Below, one piece after another: positions 60,277-64,000 of a stretch of 64,000 nucleotides of DNA (position 1 is its first letter; every line of letters starts with the position of its first letter). Below the pieces are notes generated by a model, which had not been told where the DNA came from, did not search any database, and saw nothing but the letters and a program-made list of their open reading frames with translations. The position numbers were made by a program, and so were the translations under genes. The stretch is from Nitrosopumilus sp. (lineage in GTDB: Archaea > Thermoproteota > Nitrososphaeria > Nitrososphaerales > Nitrosopumilaceae), in contig OZ240211.1 in NCBI GenBank assembly GCA_965197525.1, positions 1,312,001-1,376,000 on the forward strand, written 5' to 3'.

Positions 60277-60857
60277 TTGTACTTGAGCGGCACAGACGCA
60301 CTACGTGAGGATCACAAACAGATTAAGCGTCTTGATGCAGTCATTATAAAATGTTATACCAGTCTTTATGCTGGAAGAGATGTTCCATTTGCAGATTTGG
60401 AAAAGATCTCACTAGTAATAGAAGAATTTTTAGATTCTATTCATTATTCTAGAGAAGAGGATTCGTACTTTCCTTGTGTTGCAAGTTACGATACTTTCCT
60501 TGTGTTGCAAGTTGAAGCTTGAAGGCTGAGATTAGAGTTCTTTTAATTGAACACGAATTTTCAAGAAATATTGCACGACAGATAAAAAAACATGTTAAAA
60601 CTTGGCACCAAAGCAACAATGATAATGCACGCGAACCTGTCGCACGATACCTCAGAACATATTCGATATTCTTAATGGATCACATGCGAAAAGAAGAGGA
60701 TTTCTTTGATAAAGCCGAGGCTCAGATACTTTCAAAAGAAGAAGAGTACGACATGTACGAGCAGTTCAAGTCAGTTATGGCAATATCAAAGAAACAAGAA
60801 GATATGATAAAAGAGATTGAATATTTAGAGAAACAGTCTTGGGTTACTTCAACGTAA
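60277..60857 (+). pseudogene. Hemerythrin-domain protein split by a 23-bp templated insertion
   Basis: H..REEDSYFP, EHE..R, DHMRKEE motifs lie across two frames; duplicated 22-mer at 60466-60487 and 60492-60513. Confidence 0.8.
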
Positions 60858-60889
60858 GCTCTTTATGGGTTATTTCGATATTTTTACTT

Positions 60890-61405
60890 ATGAAACCGTT
60901 TATTCTATGGATGACCGGACTTCCTTGTTCAGGCAAGACTACAATAGTCAAAGATCTACAAAAAAGTATTCAAAATTTAGCCATGCTTGACGGTGATGAG
61001 TTACGGGAATGGTTCTCGCCTAAAGACTTTTCAAAAGCAGGCCGTGATGAGCATAACAAAAAAGTTGCGCATCTAGCAAAACTTTTACTCAAACACGGCG
61101 TCTCAAGCGTTGTGTCTTTGGTATCGCCCTACATCGAGAACAGGGAGAATGCCCGGGCAATTATCGATGCAGGTGACCAATTTGCAGAATGTTATGTAAA
61201 ATGTTCACTTGAAGAGTGTGAGCGCAGAGATGTCAAAGGCATGTATGCAAAGGCAAGAAGAGGCGAGATCAAAGGATTTACTGGAATTGACGATCCTTAT
61301 GAATCTCCGGAGAGAGCTGATCTAGTAGTTGATACAGAGCACAGCTCCTTATCTGATAGTGCAGCCCAGGTAAAGGAATTTCTTAGAGGTAGAAATCTAC
61401 TCTAA
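60890..61405 (+). CDS. cysC: Adenylylsulfate kinase (ORF track start 60839)
   Basis: WMTGLPCSGKTT, LDGDELR, SPY...R, RDVKGMY, FTGIDDPYE.P. Confidence 0.93.
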   Translation: MKPFILWMTGLPCSGKTTIVKDLQKSIQNLAMLDGDELREWFSPKDFSKAGRDEHNKKVAHLAKLLLKHGVSSVVSLVSPYIENRENARAIIDAGDQFAECYVKCSLEECERRDVKGMYAKARRGEIKGFTGIDDPYESPERADLVVDTEHSSLSDSAAQVKEFLRGRNLL

Positions 61406-62221
61406 CTTTTGAAACTCTCTGACTAGCTCATCATGTACCAACCCATTTGTAACGAGAATCCCGTTGTGATGATATACATCTCTATTGTTATATGTGATCT
61501 GTCCTCCTAACATATCTGTCATCTTTCCCCCAGCTTCTGAAATGATGCAGTGTGATGCTGCCGAATCCCACTCTTTGATCTTGTTTGTAGTTGTAAGATA
61601 TACTTCTGCTTCCCCTGAACTGATCTTTCCAACCTTTAGGGAACTTCCAATACTCTGGAAATCCATTACGTTTAATCTCTTGATAAACAACTTCTCTCTA
61701 TCTGACAAATGATGTCGGGATCCAACAACCCTACATTTTGAAATTTCTGAAACCTGAGTTACCGTAATCTTTTCCCATCTATTACCAGAGTATCTAAAAG
61801 CACCACTGTTCTTTTGCGCAACAAATAATGTATTTTCAGTAGGCCATCCTATCACTCCAATTATTGGTTTTTTATTTCTGATCAGGGATATCATTACTGT
61901 AAACTCCCCTGTCCTGTCAATGAAATCTGACGTTCCATCAAGTGGGTCTACAATCCATATACTATCTCTTGACAATCTACCGGCATCATCAACATCATCT
62001 TCTTCTGATAAAATCTGGTGTTCCGTGTCCCGTGATAATATCTCCTTGATAATTTCATTACTCTTTAGATCAGCATCTGTAACTGGAGAGTCGTCATTCT
62101 TTGTAGACGTCTTGTAATCTCTGTTCTGATAAATCTCTAATATTGCATCTCCTGCTTTGATGACTGCCTGTACTGCGATATCCAACTCGGGTATCTTATC
62201 TGTAATCGGAACCGCCTTCAA
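61397..62221 (-). CDS. cysQ: 3'(2'),5'-bisphosphate nucleotidase
   Basis: SPVTDAD, LSEE, VDPLDGT, GSSLK, EWDSAA. Confidence 0.93.
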   Translation of the reverse strand: MKAVPITDKIPELDIAVQAVIKAGDAILEIYQNRDYKTSTKNDDSPVTDADLKSNEIIKEILSRDTEHQILSEEDDVDDAGRLSRDSIWIVDPLDGTSDFIDRTGEFTVMISLIRNKKPIIGVIGWPTENTLFVAQKNSGAFRYSGNRWEKITVTQVSEISKCRVVGSRHHLSDREKLFIKRLNVMDFQSIGSSLKVGKISSGEAEVYLTTTNKIKEWDSAASHCIISEAGGKMTDMLGGQITYNNRDVYHHNGILVTNGLVHDELVREFQKLE

Positions 62222-62234
62222 TTATAATTACTAC

Positions 62235-62441
62235 CTAGGTTGTGAGTTCCGGTTTTAATGTCCATACAACTCCTAGAACAATAAATGGTATTGTCATAAC
62301 TCCAATAATTCCTAATATGGTGTTAAACTGTTCTTGTGATACCTCTGGATTATTCACTATCCATGGTAGTGGTAACGTGATAATTACCCAAATAATTCCC
62401 AGCAATATTATTAATTTGGCCTTTGCTTTTCTACTCTTCAT
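62235..62441 (-). CDS. Small 2-TM membrane protein
   Basis: Two hydrophobic helices. Confidence 0.6.
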   Translation of the reverse strand: MKSRKAKAKLIILLGIIWVIITLPLPWIVNNPEVSQEQFNTILGIIGVMTIPFIVLGVVWTLKPELTT

Positions 62442-62480
62442 GTCTATTCTACTTTAGTGTCGTATTAAATTCATGTGAAT

Positions 62481-63230
62481 TTATTTTATTGACTCTCCAC
62501 CATCTACTGTAAGTACTGCGCCTGTAATCCATGATGCATCATCATCTGATGCAAAGTATAGGACCGCCCTTCCTATCTCATCGGGCTGACCAATTCTGCC
62601 TAATGGATGTTCTTTCTCCACGAACTCTCTATCATTTTTGGTCAACATAAACGGTTTTGTCATATCAGTCTCTACCACACCTGGACAGATACAGTTGACT
62701 CTGATCTTATCTTTGGAATATTCTAACGCCCAACACTTTGTCAAATGAATCAAAGCAGCTTTTGAGGCAGAGTATGCATCAGCAAAGAATCCTTGGTATG
62801 CCTTTATTCCCGCATCAGATGCGATATTGATTATTGACCCAGACGTCTTTTGTAGATGAGGTATCGCTTCTTTTGTGAATCTGAACTGCCCTGTAAGATT
62901 CACATCTAAAACATCATTCCATTCTTCCTCTTCTATTTCATGTAATTGTCTTATTCTGGGAAATATGCCTGCATTATTTACCAGAATATCCAACTTTGAG
63001 CATCTTTCTATTATATTATTTATCGTACGTTTTACCTCGCTTTGCTGCCTGACATCCGCTGCTATTCCAATACTGTTTGGAATCTTCGATACTGCTTTGT
63101 GTAATCTCTCTTGATCCTTTGCAGTGATTACCACGGTTGCTCCGTTTTCTGATAAAATTTTTGCAGTCGCAAATCCTATACCGCGACTTCCACCTGTTAC
63201 CAATGCAATTTTTCCTGATAGCTTTTTCAT
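62481..63230 (-). CDS. Short-chain dehydrogenase/reductase
   Basis: TGGSRGIG, NNAG, YSASK, VNCICPG, DGG. Confidence 0.95.
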   Translation of the reverse strand: MKKLSGKIALVTGGSRGIGFATAKILSENGATVVITAKDQERLHKAVSKIPNSIGIAADVRQQSEVKRTINNIIERCSKLDILVNNAGIFPRIRQLHEIEEEEWNDVLDVNLTGQFRFTKEAIPHLQKTSGSIINIASDAGIKAYQGFFADAYSASKAALIHLTKCWALEYSKDKIRVNCICPGVVETDMTKPFMLTKNDREFVEKEHPLGRIGQPDEIGRAVLYFASDDDASWITGAVLTVDGGESIK

Positions 63231-63478
63231 AGATTTTAGATCTAAATTCGTAATTTATAATATTCACACAACTATCTGAAAATATTTTCCAAAAAGTATC
63301 AATTCAATACAAAATTTCGCTAACTGTTAGAAGATCAGATTCTTATACCAAATATTCATGTATGCTCCTATTACTACTATTGCTATCTACTAACACAGCA
63401 GACCCCGCAGAATAATGACTTGTCATACGATGCTATGAATTGAGGAAATCTCTTTTAAAGTTCTGCTATGTTGTGGGT

Positions 63479-63925
63479 TTACATCCCTTCATTCTCTAAA
63501 ATGATCACTGATACTGAGCCATTGGTCTCACCGTTTGGATCAACTGTAACTGTGATCTCTTGCGTCTCTGGAATTGTAATGTTGTCTTCTCCACCGTACT
63601 CCCAAGTGTAATATTCTGAGATCTCAGTTTGATGTAAAGTGCCTACTAGTTTGAACTCTTCTGAAAAATCAAATGTATCACCACGTAGAGTTATTGTCAT
63701 GATTTGTGGACTGCTTCCATTTGGCACAAATATAAATTTGTACTGCCCTTCTTTTGCAGTAAATACACTAGTATAGATTCCATCAACATATAATTGAGGA
63801 TCAGCCAATGTTGCATGAAATACTGTATTGCCTCTTTTTTCAAGCGGTGAGCTAGATAACGAACCTATTAGGAATATTCCAGCTATGACGACGATTGGTA
63901 CTATCACCATTATCTTCTTATTCAT
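63479..63925 (-). CDS. Membrane-anchored hypothetical protein
   Basis: N-terminal TM followed by a beta-rich domain. Confidence 0.6.
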   Translation of the reverse strand: MNKKIMVIVPIVVIAGIFLIGSLSSSPLEKRGNTVFHATLADPQLYVDGIYTSVFTAKEGQYKFIFVPNGSSPQIMTITLRGDTFDFSEEFKLVGTLHQTEISEYYTWEYGGEDNITIPETQEITVTVDPNGETNGSVSVIILENEGM

Positions 63926-64000
63926 TCTTGAAACATTCTTGCTTTATCTATTATAAAAATATCTGTACTGCCGCTCCAGTTTACTGGTGTGTAAATGGAG

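Noticed and set aside
63974-64000. Hairpin CTCCAGTTTAC...GTAAATGGAG at the window edge
   Set aside because: Truncated by the window; cannot be assigned to an RNA gene or element.

Overview
Archaeal chromosome segment, most likely Nitrosopumilaceae (Thaumarchaeota/Nitrososphaerota), judged from PolD subunits, GGGP synthase, CFI-box protein, MtrA-like protein, RpoL-TFS-PCNA, cobalamin genes and a TFB paralog. It contains the replication origin (ORB repeats upstream of cdc6, followed by PolD DP1), many housekeeping genes and one tRNA-Pro(GGG). The main find is 18018-20960, an element bounded by 25-bp imperfect terminal inverted repeats (20/25, GGG...CCC ends) and an exact 8-bp target-site duplication (TTGATTAC). 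Its only native cargo is a large (about 522 aa when reconstructed) TnpB/Cas12f-like RuvC nuclease. TnpB normally sits in IS200/IS605 or IS607 elements, which have neither TIRs nor TSDs, so this looks like a DDE-type non-autonomous element carrying an RNA-guided nuclease. The gene is interrupted by an intact ISH3-like IS (5-bp TSD) and by one homopolymer frameshift. Also present: a 91-bp MITE upstream of PCNA, a decayed second ISH3-like copy, an accessory island (secreted S1 protease, prepro-like secreted protein, membrane-anchored regulator), unannotated microproteins, candidate operators, and eroded genes (cupredoxin, thpR, hemerythrin) that suggest ongoing genome decay. All calls are by eye from motifs; no searches were run.
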